This document shows positions 1 through 10,438 of a stretch of 27,443 nucleotides of DNA, piece by piece. Position 1 is the first letter of the stretch. Each line of letters begins with the position of its first letter. The notes beneath the pieces were generated by a model. It was not told the DNA's origin. It was given only the letters and a program-made list of their open reading frames with translations, and did not search any database. The DNA comes from Gammaproteobacteria bacterium. Lineage in GTDB: Bacteria; Pseudomonadota; Gammaproteobacteria; GCA-001735895. The position numbers were made by a program, and so were the translations under genes. The stretch is from positions 1 to 27,443 of the forward strand of contig JBNKUM010000086.1 in assembly GCA_050298595.1 (NCBI GenBank). The letters are read 5' to 3'.

Positions 1-314
1 GTCAATTCACCGCCATTAAGAATTAATATGTGCTCGCCGGTTTCGCGATCAAAAAGCACATAGGTTGAGGAAATCGCTGGTAAGCCTTTAGCTGAATTGC
101 CAGGGTGCACATTAACCAGCTTGATACCGCCCCAGCCTTCATTGCGCCAGGCCGGCATCAGTAATAACACATCATCAGCCTGCCCCGGGGTCTGCATAAA
201 ATGATGGTGACGCAGCGGTGAAGTGCAATCGCTACCAAACCCTTCGTCAATGGCCTGAATCAGCAAATCAAAAGGTAGCGCAGCCCTGGTTTGTTCGAGG
301 GAAAGTACTTTCAT
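1..314 (-). CDS. Ornithine cyclodeaminase/mu-crystallin family protein (Pyr2C/Pip2C ketimine reductase-like); 3' end runs off the window
   Basis: Manual translation from ATG at 314: MKVLSLEQTRAALPFDLLIQAIDEGF...SPLRHHH...LLLMPAW...GIKLVNVHPGN..KGLPAISSTYVLFDRETG..ILNGGEL, the typical OCD N-terminal domain. GGAGG RBS at 319-323. Not in the ORF track. Confidence 0.85.
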   Translation of the reverse strand, partial: MKVLSLEQTRAALPFDLLIQAIDEGFGSDCTSPLRHHHFMQTPGQADDVLLLMPAWRNEGWGGIKLVNVHPGNSAKGLPAISSTYVLFDRETGEHILILNGGEL

Positions 315-324
315 GTTGCCTCCG

Positions 325-1620
325 TTAAGCGGAATCTAACCAACGCGCCTGCGCTGATAATCCAGTAAGTGTAGGTGAGATACCGCTCATCAACTGCGCG
401 ATAATTTCGCCACAGCCTGCTGACATAGTCCAGCCAAGCTGACCATGCCCGGCATTAATCCAGAGATTAGGTATGTGACGTACTCTGCCAAGATAAGGAG
501 CGCCTACCGGGGTGGTCGGGCGCATGCCGGTCCAGAACTCGGGGCTATCCAGATCAACCGCTGAGCTCATGTTTCGGCGCACATAATTTTCGATAACAGC
601 AATACGATCTTCCGGTAAACTCGTATCTCGGCCTGCGAATTCGGCAGTTGCAGTGACGCGCAACCGGTCTCCGTAATTTCCAACAGCCAGAAATTCGGTC
701 TCGTCCACAAAGGGTATTTTTGGTAGCTTTGCTCCATCAATAATCCGCCAGGTACCTGAATAGCCCTTTACCGGATAGATCAGCGGTTTGAAGCCGAGGG
801 AACGAGTGAGATCGACAGTCTCTACACCAGTGGCAAGGACTACCTGAGCGCAGGGTATAGAGCCGTGATCAGTTATCACTGCATCAATACCTGATTCACT
901 TCGATTAAAACCAGTGACTGCTGTATCAAACAGAAAATCTACTTTCCCGCTTTGCTCAAGATAGTCACAAGTACGTATGGTAAACAGGCGGCAATCACCG
1001 ACGGCGTCGGTCTCACTCAAAAGTCCACCCACAAACCGATCCTGCATATGCGCTATAGCAGGTTCATAATCAATCAGCCCTGCTCGATCAAGAACCTTCA
1101 ACTGAGCATCTGCATGATCTGCCAGAGACGCAATATGAGCATGAAACTGAGCTTCATCACGGAACAGATATAAACCACCCTCATGCCGGATTTCCTTCGG
1201 CAGGCTCATATCGGCTTCGATACCTTCAAGAAGTTCGCTGCTAAAGCTGCTAAGCTTTTTAAGTTTTTGACTATTAGACTGATTCGCTGATGAAGAGCAG
1301 TTAACAAGGAATTGGACTCCCCAACGCCAAAGTTCAAGATCCCATAATTTAGACACCCGTACCGAGGTGTCTCGTCCCATTAAGGCGCGCAAAATAGTTG
1401 CAATCGCTTTAGGTTCGGCCCATGCCTGTGCATGCCCGACCGCCACAATCCCTGCATTGGCATGGCTACACAATTCAGCTGGCGCAGGCAGTCGATCTAT
1501 TACCGTTACACGATGACCTCGCTTCGCTAGAGCATAGGCGCTCATCATGCCGATAATGCCCGCACCGATTACAACAATCGGCAGATTCGTATCAAGCTGG
1601 TGTTGCCCTGCTAAATGCAT
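325..1620 (-). CDS. FAD-dependent D-amino acid dehydrogenase (DadA/DAO family)
   Basis: VIGAGIIG Rossmann motif, SHANAG, IYPVKGYS, WTGMRPTTP, NAGHGQLGWTMSAGCG. Confidence 0.9.
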   Translation of the reverse strand: MHLAGQHQLDTNLPIVVIGAGIIGMMSAYALAKRGHRVTVIDRLPAPAELCSHANAGIVAVGHAQAWAEPKAIATILRALMGRDTSVRVSKLWDLELWRWGVQFLVNCSSSANQSNSQKLKKLSSFSSELLEGIEADMSLPKEIRHEGGLYLFRDEAQFHAHIASLADHADAQLKVLDRAGLIDYEPAIAHMQDRFVGGLLSETDAVGDCRLFTIRTCDYLEQSGKVDFLFDTAVTGFNRSESGIDAVITDHGSIPCAQVVLATGVETVDLTRSLGFKPLIYPVKGYSGTWRIIDGAKLPKIPFVDETEFLAVGNYGDRLRVTATAEFAGRDTSLPEDRIAVIENYVRRNMSSAVDLDSPEFWTGMRPTTPVGAPYLGRVRHIPNLWINAGHGQLGWTMSAGCGEIIAQLMSGISPTLTGLSAQARWLDSA

Positions 1621-1675
1621 TCAAGAGCACGCAAGTGTTCATAACTACCCTGCAATAGCTCAACAGCTGTAGACA

Positions 1676-2260
1676 TTATGTATTCCTGGTCCAGGTAAAA
1701 TCCATTTGCTGTGCCGTCTTTTCCGCCAGATCAAAACTATGCAGTTTGCTCACCAGATGAAGACTCATATCTATCCCTGCTGATATACCGCCTGAAGTGA
1801 CGACATCTCCTTCGTCTACCCAGCGCACATCTCTAACCACGGTTAATTTGGGAAACATTTTTCTCAGGCTCGGGATATCTTCCCAGTGGGTAGTGACCAC
1901 CTGCTGTTGTAGCACTTTGGCTTTGGCCAGTATAAAAGCACCGGTACATACAGAAGCCACTATCGATGCTGCTTTTGCCTGTTGTGCAATCCACTCTAGA
2001 ACCTGTGGTTTAGTCATTTCATGAGTATGCACACCACCTACGACTATGAGTACATCAAGCGGCGGATGCTTGTCAAAAGCATAATCAGACATCACCCTGT
2101 AGCCTGCACGAGCCGTTACCTCACCACCGGTTTCGCTAATTAAAAAAACATCGAAAGGGTGGTTGTCATCACACACTCGCGAAGCCGTGCTAAACACTTC
2201 AAATGGCCCGGAAAAATCCAGTACCTCGGCCTGTTCATAAATATAAATACCTATGTTCAC
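1676..2260 (-). CDS. DJ-1/PfpI family protein (isocyanide hydratase/InhA-like, no AraC domain)
   Basis: VLDFSGPFEVF, LIVVGG, nucleophile elbow SVCTGA, TTHW, VTSGGISAGID. GTG start. Confidence 0.88.
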   Translation of the reverse strand: MNIGIYIYEQAEVLDFSGPFEVFSTASRVCDDNHPFDVFLISETGGEVTARAGYRVMSDYAFDKHPPLDVLIVVGGVHTHEMTKPQVLEWIAQQAKAASIVASVCTGAFILAKAKVLQQQVVTTHWEDIPSLRKMFPKLTVVRDVRWVDEGDVVTSGGISAGIDMSLHLVSKLHSFDLAEKTAQQMDFTWTRNT

Positions 2261-2721
2261 TCAATCTTCCCCTGATACTTAACAAAAAATAATAATTATT
2301 TAATCATTATCCTATTCTGATAAATCTCAGGCTAGAGGTCTAACCATTCTTAGTACTATGGAAAGTTACTATCTATATATCAAAACGAAAAGATTCTGAC
2401 GCTTGCCATGCCTTCTTCCAGGCAGTAAAGAGCTTACTTAACAAGGATAGATAACTAGCGAGCTACAAGCTAATCTCGATCAATATTTGGCTAACTAATG
2501 GCCCGTGCCTGTACATCTACTCTCAGGAATGATCAAAATATACTTCTTTTTTAGTTTAATTGCCTATAATCCACTACTGGAATAAACGGAAAATAGGGGT
2601 TAGTCGTTATATTCAGTACTAATCATTATTCCAAAGCAGATGGAAGGCACTTAAGCTAAATAAAAGAAGGCTGTTCACTCTGTAAACATTCCATAAAAAA
2701 TAATGTTTAGAGAATTTACTC

Positions 2722-5700
2722 ATGCAAAATATATTTAGCGCGTTTATTTTTCTTCTGCTTATAACCTTGCTTTCCGCCTGCGGCGACTCTGGTTTATTTA
2801 ACACATCAGAAACCTATACCGACACCGACAAGGATGGGATCATAGACATCTTCGATACCGATGATGATGGCGATGGTGTTGACGACAGCAGTGATGCCTT
2901 TCCACTGGATGCTACCGAAACTCTCGATACCGATGGTGATGACATTGGTAACAATACCGATACCGACGATGATGGCGATGGCATTGACGACACCAGTGAT
3001 GCCTTTCCACTGGATGCTACCGAAACTCTCGATACCGATGGTGATGGCATTGGTAACAATGCCGATACCGACGATGATGGCGATGGCGTTGACGACAGCA
3101 GTGATGCCTTCCCGCTAGATGCTAGCGAAACTATCGACACCGATGGTGACGGCATCGGTAACAATGCCGATATCGACGATGATGGTGATGGCGTTGACGA
3201 CAGCAATGATGCCTTCCCGCTAGATGCTAGCGAAACTATCGACACCGATGGTGACGGCATCGGTAACAATGCCGATATCGACGATGATGGTGATGGCGTT
3301 GTCGATACCAGTGATGCATTTTCACTGGATGCTACCGAAACTCTCGACACCGATGGTAACGGCATCGGTAACAATGTCGATACCGACGATGATGGTGATG
3401 GCGTTGACGACAGCAGTGATGCCTTTCCACTAAATGCTAGCGAAACTCTCGACACCGATGGTGATGACATTGGTAACAATGCTGATACCGACGATGATGG
3501 TGATGGCGTTGTCGATACCAGTGATGCCTTTCCACTAAATGCTTCCGAAACTCTCGACACCGATAGTGACGGCATCGGTAACAATGCCGATATCGACGAT
3601 GATGGTGATGGCGTTGACGACAGCAGTGATGCCTTTCCACTAAATGCTTCCGAAACTCTTGATACCGACAGTGATGGCATCGGTAACAATACAGATACCG
3701 ACGATGATGGCGATGGCGTTGACGACAGCAGTGATGCCTTCCCGCTAGATGCTAGCGAAACCCTTGATACCGATGGTGATGGCATTGGCAACAATGCCGA
3801 TACCGATGATGATGACGATGGCGTTGATGACAGCAGTGATGCCTTTCCGCTAGATGCTAGCGAAACCCTTGATACCGATGGTGACGGCATCGGTGACAAT
3901 ACCGATACCGACGATGATGGCGATGGCGTTGACGACAGCAGTGATGCCTTTCCGCTAGATGCTAGCGAAACCCTTGATACCGACAGTGATGGCATTGGCA
4001 ACAATGCCGATACAGATGATGATGACGATGGCGTTGACGACAGCAGTGATGCCTTTCCGCTAGATGCCACCGAAACTCTCGACACCGATGGTGATGGCAT
4101 TGGTAACAATACCGATACCGATGATGATGGCGATGGTGTTGACGATACCAGTGATGCCTTTCCACTAGATGCTAGCGAAACCCTTGATACCGATGGTGAC
4201 GGCATTGGTAACAATACCGATACTGACGATGATAACGATGGCGTTGACGACAGCAGTGATGCTTTTCCACTTGATGCTACCGAAACTCTTGATACCGACA
4301 GTGATGGCATTGGTAACAATGCCGATACAGATGATGATAACGATGGTGAGCCCGACGTAACCGATATAGATGATGATAATAACACCTTAATCGAAGTACG
4401 TAGCCTGGCTGACTTAGATGATATCCGCAATCATCCTGCTGGCGATCAACAATACTCTAGCAACGCAGGCTGCCCTGGTACCTGTCTTGGTTTTGAACTC
4501 ATGGCCGATCTGGATTTTGACACTAATAGCGATAACGTTATGGATGCATCAGATACCTATTACGACCACGATGCTGATGGCAGTAATAACGGATGGCTCC
4601 CTCTGGGAAATCTCGCCTCACCTTTTCGCGCCATTTTTGATGGCAACAACCATTCAATTAGCAATCTTTTCATAAACAGGATACTTGGCGATTCTGAAAC
4701 CAATGGAGGTGGTATCGGACTTTTCGGTGTCGTTGGCAATACGACAAGTGGTTATAGTGCTGAAATCAGAAACCTGTCGCTGACAGGTCACTTACTTTCT
4801 ATAACAGGACGAATTCATACAGGTGCTCTAGCTGGTTGGGCACAAAACACCACTTTTATAAACTGCTCAATTAACAGCTCACTGGCCTCTATTACTGGAA
4901 TAGATGAGATTACCGGTGGCCTGATAGGCGCGATAGAGGATGGAGTTATTAATAACAGTTTCTCTAATGGAAGTGTTCAAAATAGTCTGTTTGGGGCTGG
5001 AGGGCTAGTGGGGTATGTCTATAACAGCAACATAAGCAATAGCTATTCAGCAGCTGAAGTATCGAATTTCGGTGCCGGCTCCCAACAATATTTCGGCGGT
5101 TTGGTGGCTGTGATAGATGGCACTTCAGAAATTAATGATAGTTATGCCTCTGGCAACCTGACGACTACTGCCGACACTGTTGGGGGATTAGTTGGTTATA
5201 TTTACAATGCTGGTACCACCATTACGAACAGCTATGCGACAGGTTCCGTTAGTGGCAGCTATAGTATTGGTGGCCTGATAGGTGAAGCATACACCGGAAC
5301 CATAAAAAATAGTTTTGCAACTGGAAATACTTCTGGAAGCTCTGTTTACGTTGGCGGCCTGTTAGGTTATGCATCCGAGAGCATTTTTATCAGCTCCAGT
5401 TATGCGACTGGTAACGTCACAGGAAACGGTTATGCAGGAGGTCTTGTTGGCTCATTAGACTATGCTACCTCCCCCCATATTATAAGTGCCAGTTATGCAA
5501 CGGGCTCTGTCAGCGCAAATAACCGGGTTGGTGGAATTATTGGTGTAGCCTCATCGGGAGACGCTCTCATTCAAGCCAGTTATGCTAGCGGAGCCATTTC
5601 GGGCTCAAGTGATATAGGTGGACTGCTAGGTTTTGTTGATAGCGGCATCACCGTTAACATCAATAACAGCTACTGGGCTAGTGATACCACAGGGCAAAGT

Positions 5701-5928
5701 ACAATTGCTGGCACTATTGCTGGAACCCTTAACGATACTAACACCTTTGCTGCGTTACTGACAGAACTGCAATGCCCTACCACCGCTAATACGACAGCTT
5801 GTGTTGCCTCTGATTCATTGATAGAACTCTACACAGGTTGGGATGCTATTGATGATGACGACGATGTGGCAACCCCCACTATCGCCCCATGGAATTTCGG
5901 AACTTTCCTGCAGCTACCAACTTTATAG
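2722..5928 (+). CDS. Large lipoprotein with thrombospondin type-3-like Asp-rich repeats and C-terminal GLUG-like repeats (putative Ca-binding surface protein)
   Basis: Hydrophobic signal with lipobox LSA-C20, 14 repeats of DDDGDGVDDSSDAFPLDAxETLDTDGDGIGNNxDT, then FELMADLDF..GWLPLG..FDGNNHSISNL and repeated GGLVG...SYATG units. Confidence 0.85.
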   Translation: MQNIFSAFIFLLLITLLSACGDSGLFNTSETYTDTDKDGIIDIFDTDDDGDGVDDSSDAFPLDATETLDTDGDDIGNNTDTDDDGDGIDDTSDAFPLDATETLDTDGDGIGNNADTDDDGDGVDDSSDAFPLDASETIDTDGDGIGNNADIDDDGDGVDDSNDAFPLDASETIDTDGDGIGNNADIDDDGDGVVDTSDAFSLDATETLDTDGNGIGNNVDTDDDGDGVDDSSDAFPLNASETLDTDGDDIGNNADTDDDGDGVVDTSDAFPLNASETLDTDSDGIGNNADIDDDGDGVDDSSDAFPLNASETLDTDSDGIGNNTDTDDDGDGVDDSSDAFPLDASETLDTDGDGIGNNADTDDDDDGVDDSSDAFPLDASETLDTDGDGIGDNTDTDDDGDGVDDSSDAFPLDASETLDTDSDGIGNNADTDDDDDGVDDSSDAFPLDATETLDTDGDGIGNNTDTDDDGDGVDDTSDAFPLDASETLDTDGDGIGNNTDTDDDNDGVDDSSDAFPLDATETLDTDSDGIGNNADTDDDNDGEPDVTDIDDDNNTLIEVRSLADLDDIRNHPAGDQQYSSNAGCPGTCLGFELMADLDFDTNSDNVMDASDTYYDHDADGSNNGWLPLGNLASPFRAIFDGNNHSISNLFINRILGDSETNGGGIGLFGVVGNTTSGYSAEIRNLSLTGHLLSITGRIHTGALAGWAQNTTFINCSINSSLASITGIDEITGGLIGAIEDGVINNSFSNGSVQNSLFGAGGLVGYVYNSNISNSYSAAEVSNFGAGSQQYFGGLVAVIDGTSEINDSYASGNLTTTADTVGGLVGYIYNAGTTITNSYATGSVSGSYSIGGLIGEAYTGTIKNSFATGNTSGSSVYVGGLLGYASESIFISSSYATGNVTGNGYAGGLVGSLDYATSPHIISASYATGSVSANNRVGGIIGVASSGDALIQASYASGAISGSSDIGGLLGFVDSGITVNINNSYWASDTTGQSTIAGTIAGTLNDTNTFAALLTELQCPTTANTTACVASDSLIELYTGWDAIDDDDDVATPTIAPWNFGTFLQLPTL
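2860..4329 (+). repeat. 14 x 105-bp (35-aa) intragenic tandem repeat
   Basis: GATGCC(T/C)TT..C recurs every 105 bp (2893, 2998, ...); 14 DAF[P/S]L motifs counted in the protein. Confidence 0.95.
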
Positions 5929-5961
5929 ATACTGGAGATTTTCAATCGCATCATCAGAACC

Positions 5962-5991
5962 AAAAAAGCCTCTAGACTAAGAGGCTTTTTT
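5962..5991. terminator. Bidirectional rho-independent terminator
   Basis: AAAAAA-GCCTCT-agacta-AGAGGC-TTTTTT between the convergent lipoprotein gene and apbC. Confidence 0.9.
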
Positions 5992-6017
5992 ATTATTTTC
6001 CGGATAAGGTATAACGC

Positions 6018-7106
6018 TTAGTTATTCTGGATCACAATGCTTGGGAATGCAGCCGAATGATCCTTTGCTTTGGTCGCCAGTCTGGCTGCCGTTTTACGTG
6101 CGATCTCACGGTAGATTTCACTGACCTTGCTTTCCGGCATGGCCGCAACGGTTGGATTGCCGCTATCAGCCTGTTCACGAATCTTGATATCCAGAGGCAG
6201 CGAGCCAAGGAAGTCTACTCCCTGCTCTTCAGCCATACGTACACCGCCGCCTTCACCAAAGATGTGTTCCGCATGTCCGCATTCGCTACAGATATGGATA
6301 GACATATTTTCAATGACACCCAGTACTGGCACTTCGACCTTGTTAAACATCTTCAGTCCTTTCCGTGCATCCAGTAATGCGATGTCCTGTGGGGTGGTGA
6401 TGATTACAGCACCACTGACAGGGATTTTTTGCGCGAGGGTTAACTGGATATCACCAGTACCTGGTGGTAGATCGATTACCAGATAATCGACATCTTTCCA
6501 GTTGGTGTCGTTGAGTAACTGTTCCAGCGCCTGGGTAACCATAGGGCCACGCCAGATCATTGGGGTATCTTCTTCTACCAGATAACCAATAGACATAGAC
6601 TGAATGCCATGACCAACCATAGGCTCCAGACTCTTGCCATCAACTGATTCTGGTTGACCGGTACAGCCAAGCATACGCGGCATACTGGGGCCATAGATAT
6701 CCGCATCCAGAATAGCAACGGTTGCACCTTCGGCCTGTAACGCAAGCGCCAGGTTAACGGCAGTAGTCGATTTACCTACCCCCCCCTTACCGGAAGCCAC
6801 TGCAATGATATTCTTGATGCCTTCCTGAGGCTTCAGGTTTTGTTGCACAGCATGGGAGCCGATTTTGCTGGAAACCTTTACCGCTACACTCTCAACACCT
6901 TCCAGTGCAGATACTGCGTCGGATACCAGCTTCTTTAAAGTATCAAAATAACCCGCGGCTGGATAACCCAGAGAGATTGTAATACTGACCTTACCACCAT
7001 CGATCTCTACACCCTTGATCGACTTGGTTGCCGACAGCTTCTTTTCGGTGTTGACGTCAATGATGTCGCCAACAGCAGTTTCAACTTCTTGTTTCGTAAT
7101 TGCCAT
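6018..7106 (-). CDS. apbC: Iron-sulfur cluster carrier ATPase ApbC/Mrp
   Basis: IAVASGKGGVGKST, DADIYGPS, WRGPM, DLPPGTGD, ENMS-x2-CSEC; divergent from metG, the usual gammaproteobacterial arrangement. Confidence 0.96.
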   Translation of the reverse strand: MAITKQEVETAVGDIIDVNTEKKLSATKSIKGVEIDGGKVSITISLGYPAAGYFDTLKKLVSDAVSALEGVESVAVKVSSKIGSHAVQQNLKPQEGIKNIIAVASGKGGVGKSTTAVNLALALQAEGATVAILDADIYGPSMPRMLGCTGQPESVDGKSLEPMVGHGIQSMSIGYLVEEDTPMIWRGPMVTQALEQLLNDTNWKDVDYLVIDLPPGTGDIQLTLAQKIPVSGAVIITTPQDIALLDARKGLKMFNKVEVPVLGVIENMSIHICSECGHAEHIFGEGGGVRMAEEQGVDFLGSLPLDIKIREQADSGNPTVAAMPESKVSEIYREIARKTAARLATKAKDHSAAFPSIVIQNN

Positions 7107-7275
7107 ATAGTTACCCTGATACAGACCAAAAATTAGAATCGCTGCATTCTACATTAGCTGGAACTAATATTTAACCTTTATTTCCGAGGAAATTGGTCGG
7201 GTATTATTAATTCCGCTATACAGTGACAGGTGCAGCACATAAAATAGCGTGCTTTTAATCAACGCATCTTAATCA

Positions 7276-9336
7276 ATGAGTTCCACCACCCCACAGTCAA
7301 CAACAAATCCTGCACGTAAAATGGTCGTAACCAGTGCGCTGCCCTATGCTAATGGCCCTATCCATATTGGCCACATGGTGGAATACATACAGACCGACAT
7401 ATGGGTTCGTTTCCAGAAAATACAAGGCAATGAATGTATCTATGTCTGTGCCGACGATGCACATGGCACACCGATTATGCTGCGCGCGCAGGCTGAGGGT
7501 ATTAGCCCACAGGAACTAATTGACCGCATGAAGATCGAGCATGAGAGTGATTTTGCCGACTTTCATATTGCTTTCGACAACTATCACAGCACTCACTCGG
7601 AAGAAAACAAATACTTCGCGACCTATATCTATCAACAGGTTAAAGCTGCTGGACATATTGCGACACGTACCATCTCGCAGTCCTATGACCCTAAAGCAGA
7701 GATGTTTTTACCGGATCGTTTCATTAAGGGCGAATGCCCCAATTGCGGTACACCCGATCAATATGGCGATAACTGCGAAAAATGCGGCGCCACCTACGAC
7801 CCCACCGAACTGAAAAACCCTCGTTCGGTAGTCACCGGTGAAACACCGATAGAAAAAGATTCTGAACAATACTTCTTCAAGCTGGGTGATTATTCTGACA
7901 TGCTGAAGACCTGGACACGCGCCGGTCACATCCAGAAAGAGATCGCCAACAAGATGGACGAATGGCTGGAAGAAGGCCTGCGTGACTGGGATATCTCACG
8001 TAATGCGCCCTACTGGGGCTTTGAAATCCCTGATGCGCCCGGCAAATATTTTTATGTATGGATGGATGCACCTATCGGATATCTGGCCAGTTTTAAAAAC
8101 TGGTGCGATAAAACCGGTCACGATTTTGACGAATACTTTAAGGCTGATAGCAGTGCCGAGCTGTATCATTTTATTGGTAAGGATATCGCGCGCTTTCACA
8201 CGCTATTTTTTCCGGCCATGCTGCATGGTGCAGGTTTTCGCAAACCCACAGCAGTTTACTGTCATGGCTTCCTCACCGTGGATGGACAGAAGATGTCCAA
8301 ATCACGCGGCACCTTCATCAAGGCACGCACCTTTCTGCAACACCTGAACCCTGAATACCTGCGTTATTACTTCGCTGCCAAGCTGGGCGCAGGCGTGGAT
8401 GATATCGACCTGAACCTGGAAGATTTTACTGCTCGTGTAAATAGCGATCTGGTGGGCAAGGTGGTTAATATCGCCAGTCGTTGCGCCGGTTTTATCGTCA
8501 AGAAATTTGATGGCAAGTTAAGCGCCAGTATAAGCAACTCCGATCTAAGCGATAAATTTATCGTCGCATCTGAATCCATTGCCAGAGCCTATGAGGGGCG
8601 TGAATTTGGCAGGGCTATGCGTGAAATCATGGCTTTGGCTGATCTGGCCAACCAGTTCATTGATGAACAGGAGCCCTGGGTACGCATCAAGGATGAGGCT
8701 CAACAGCAGAATGTACAGGATACCTGTAGCATCGGTATCAATTGCTTCCGTCAACTGATTATTATGCTAAAACCTGTACTGCCGCTACTGGCTGCTCAGG
8801 CTGAAGAATTTTTGAATGTTGACAGTCTGCAATGGAAAGACCTGCCCAACGATTTAACCGATCACGCAATTAATAAATTCAAACCACTGATGACGCGTGT
8901 CGAAAAAGAGAAAATAGATGCCATGATAGAAGCCAGTAAAGAAGCATTGAAAGAAGAACCCAAGGTAGGTCATCAACAGGAAGATACCAGCAATATCGAC
9001 CCCATAGCTGAGGAAATCAGCTATGATGATTTTGCCAAACTGGACCTGCGAGTAGCTCGTATCGTCAAGGCTGAACACGTAGAAAAAGCCGACAAGCTAT
9101 TACAGCTAACGCTGGATATAGGCATCGAGCAACGCAATGTATTTGCTGGAATAAAGTCTGCCTATCAGCCAGAAGATCTGGAAGGCAAACTGACCGTCAT
9201 GGTGGCCAACCTGGCACCGCGTAAGATGCGCTTTGGACTATCTGAAGGCATGGTATTAGCTGCCGGCCCCGGTGGAAAGGATCTATTTGTGCTGAACCCT
9301 GATGACGGTGCTACCCCAGGTATGCGGGTAAAATAA
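7276..9336 (+). CDS. metG: Methionine--tRNA ligase
   Basis: [15 protein letters not shown], Zn knuckle CPNC..CEKC, DWDISR, KMSKS, C-terminal tRNA-binding domain. An alternative start exists at 7321. Confidence 0.98.
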   Translation: MSSTTPQSTTNPARKMVVTSALPYANGPIHIGHMVEYIQTDIWVRFQKIQGNECIYVCADDAHGTPIMLRAQAEGISPQELIDRMKIEHESDFADFHIAFDNYHSTHSEENKYFATYIYQQVKAAGHIATRTISQSYDPKAEMFLPDRFIKGECPNCGTPDQYGDNCEKCGATYDPTELKNPRSVVTGETPIEKDSEQYFFKLGDYSDMLKTWTRAGHIQKEIANKMDEWLEEGLRDWDISRNAPYWGFEIPDAPGKYFYVWMDAPIGYLASFKNWCDKTGHDFDEYFKADSSAELYHFIGKDIARFHTLFFPAMLHGAGFRKPTAVYCHGFLTVDGQKMSKSRGTFIKARTFLQHLNPEYLRYYFAAKLGAGVDDIDLNLEDFTARVNSDLVGKVVNIASRCAGFIVKKFDGKLSASISNSDLSDKFIVASESIARAYEGREFGRAMREIMALADLANQFIDEQEPWVRIKDEAQQQNVQDTCSIGINCFRQLIIMLKPVLPLLAAQAEEFLNVDSLQWKDLPNDLTDHAINKFKPLMTRVEKEKIDAMIEASKEALKEEPKVGHQQEDTSNIDPIAEEISYDDFAKLDLRVARIVKAEHVEKADKLLQLTLDIGIEQRNVFAGIKSAYQPEDLEGKLTVMVANLAPRKMRFGLSEGMVLAAGPGGKDLFVLNPDDGATPGMRVK

Positions 9337-9346
9337 TAAAGTTCAG

Positions 9347-9378
9347 GTGATCTATACTTTTTATATCGTATAGATCAC
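9347..9378. other. 11-bp perfect inverted repeat (hairpin or operator) after metG
   Basis: GTGATCTATAC-N10-GTATAGATCAC. Confidence 0.6.
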
Positions 9379-9397
9379 AAAACCCTACGGAGGCGAA

Positions 9398-9673
9398 ATG
9401 AGACGAATTCTTGACAACTACCTGGAACAGGAAATTGGCATTAATATCGAGCGCCCGCTTCGCATCGACTCAGTAATATTAAAAGCGGTGAACGATACCT
9501 ATTTTTCCGTAGTCGATGAAAACAAGGGATACCTGCACCATTTCTCTTACACCAGCATTATTCAGATCATCGAACACCCTGAAGGCATAGACGTTGGCGG
9601 ATTATTCGAGCATAAGAAACATTTTAATCTGGTGATCAAGGTCGGGCACATTCCTGAATTTACTCCACTGTAA
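9398..9673 (+). CDS. Hypothetical protein (91 aa)
   Basis: GGAGG RBS just upstream of the ATG; globular composition; family not recognised. Confidence 0.75.
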   Translation: MRRILDNYLEQEIGINIERPLRIDSVILKAVNDTYFSVVDENKGYLHHFSYTSIIQIIEHPEGIDVGGLFEHKKHFNLVIKVGHIPEFTPL

Positions 9674-9691
9674 AACTCTCCCATTACCTCC

Positions 9692-10438
9692 TTGACCCGT
9701 CCAGAATTTAGCAGGATTTTCCTGCTCAGCCATATGCGAGCCTATAGCAGCCTGGCCGGGCATATTCTGGGATCCCATCCTGAAATCAATGGCTACTACG
9801 AACTGCATCTGGACTACCGCCAGCCCGATGCTCTCAAACAACAAACCGCCAGGTATCTTGAACACGATCAACTCAAACCCAATAGCCGCTTCCTGTTCGA
9901 CAAGCTGCTGCATAATAATTACCAGCTCACCGATAATCTAATACGAGATGATAACAACCGCATACTGGTATCAATACGCAAACCCGAGCAAAGTCTTAAA
10001 AGCATTCTCAAGCTATTTAGAACTAAACCCGCCCCCGCCCCTTTCCAGAATGCAGAAGAAGTCAGCCGTTATTATTGTGAACGACTGGATGCCTTAGCAG
10101 AATTTTGTAAGAGAAATAAAGGTCATTACTTTTACTACGATGCAGAAGAATGGGTACAGCAACCTGAAGCCTTGCTGCCAAAGCTGCAAACCTGGCTCGG
10201 GCTTAGCACTGCACTTACTGAAAAATATCAGCAGTTTTCTCAAACTGGCAAAGCCCGAGCTGGAGATTCATCCGAGAAGATCCTGGCTGGTGAAATTCAT
10301 AAACAATCTAGTGATTACAGCAAGATAACACTTGAACAGGAATGGCTAGACCTGGCATCCAAAAAATATACTGAATGCCGAATTGAATTTATTGAAAACT
10401 CTTTTACAAAACTCACCACCGAGGACACAGAGAGATAA
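9692..10438 (+). CDS. Sulfotransferase-like (P-loop fold) protein
   Basis: N-terminal FLLSHMRAYSSLAGHILGSHPEI resembles the 5'-PSB motif of sulfotransferases; DKLLHN; IRKPEQSLKS resembles the 3'-PB motif. TTG start is uncertain. Confidence 0.65.
   Translation: MTRPEFSRIFLLSHMRAYSSLAGHILGSHPEINGYYELHLDYRQPDALKQQTARYLEHDQLKPNSRFLFDKLLHNNYQLTDNLIRDDNNRILVSIRKPEQSLKSILKLFRTKPAPAPFQNAEEVSRYYCERLDALAEFCKRNKGHYFYYDAEEWVQQPEALLPKLQTWLGLSTALTEKYQQFSQTGKARAGDSSEKILAGEIHKQSSDYSKITLEQEWLDLASKKYTECRIEFIENSFTKLTTEDTER

Noticed and set aside
2860-4329. Possible CRISPR or other non-coding array
   Set aside because: In-frame 105-bp coding repeats with no unique spacers and no cas genes.
2814-4430. 538-aa Ser-rich ORF on the minus strand, plus short alternative-frame ORFs in the repeat
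   Set aside because: Antisense shadow of the GAT/GAC-rich repeat region of the lipoprotein gene.
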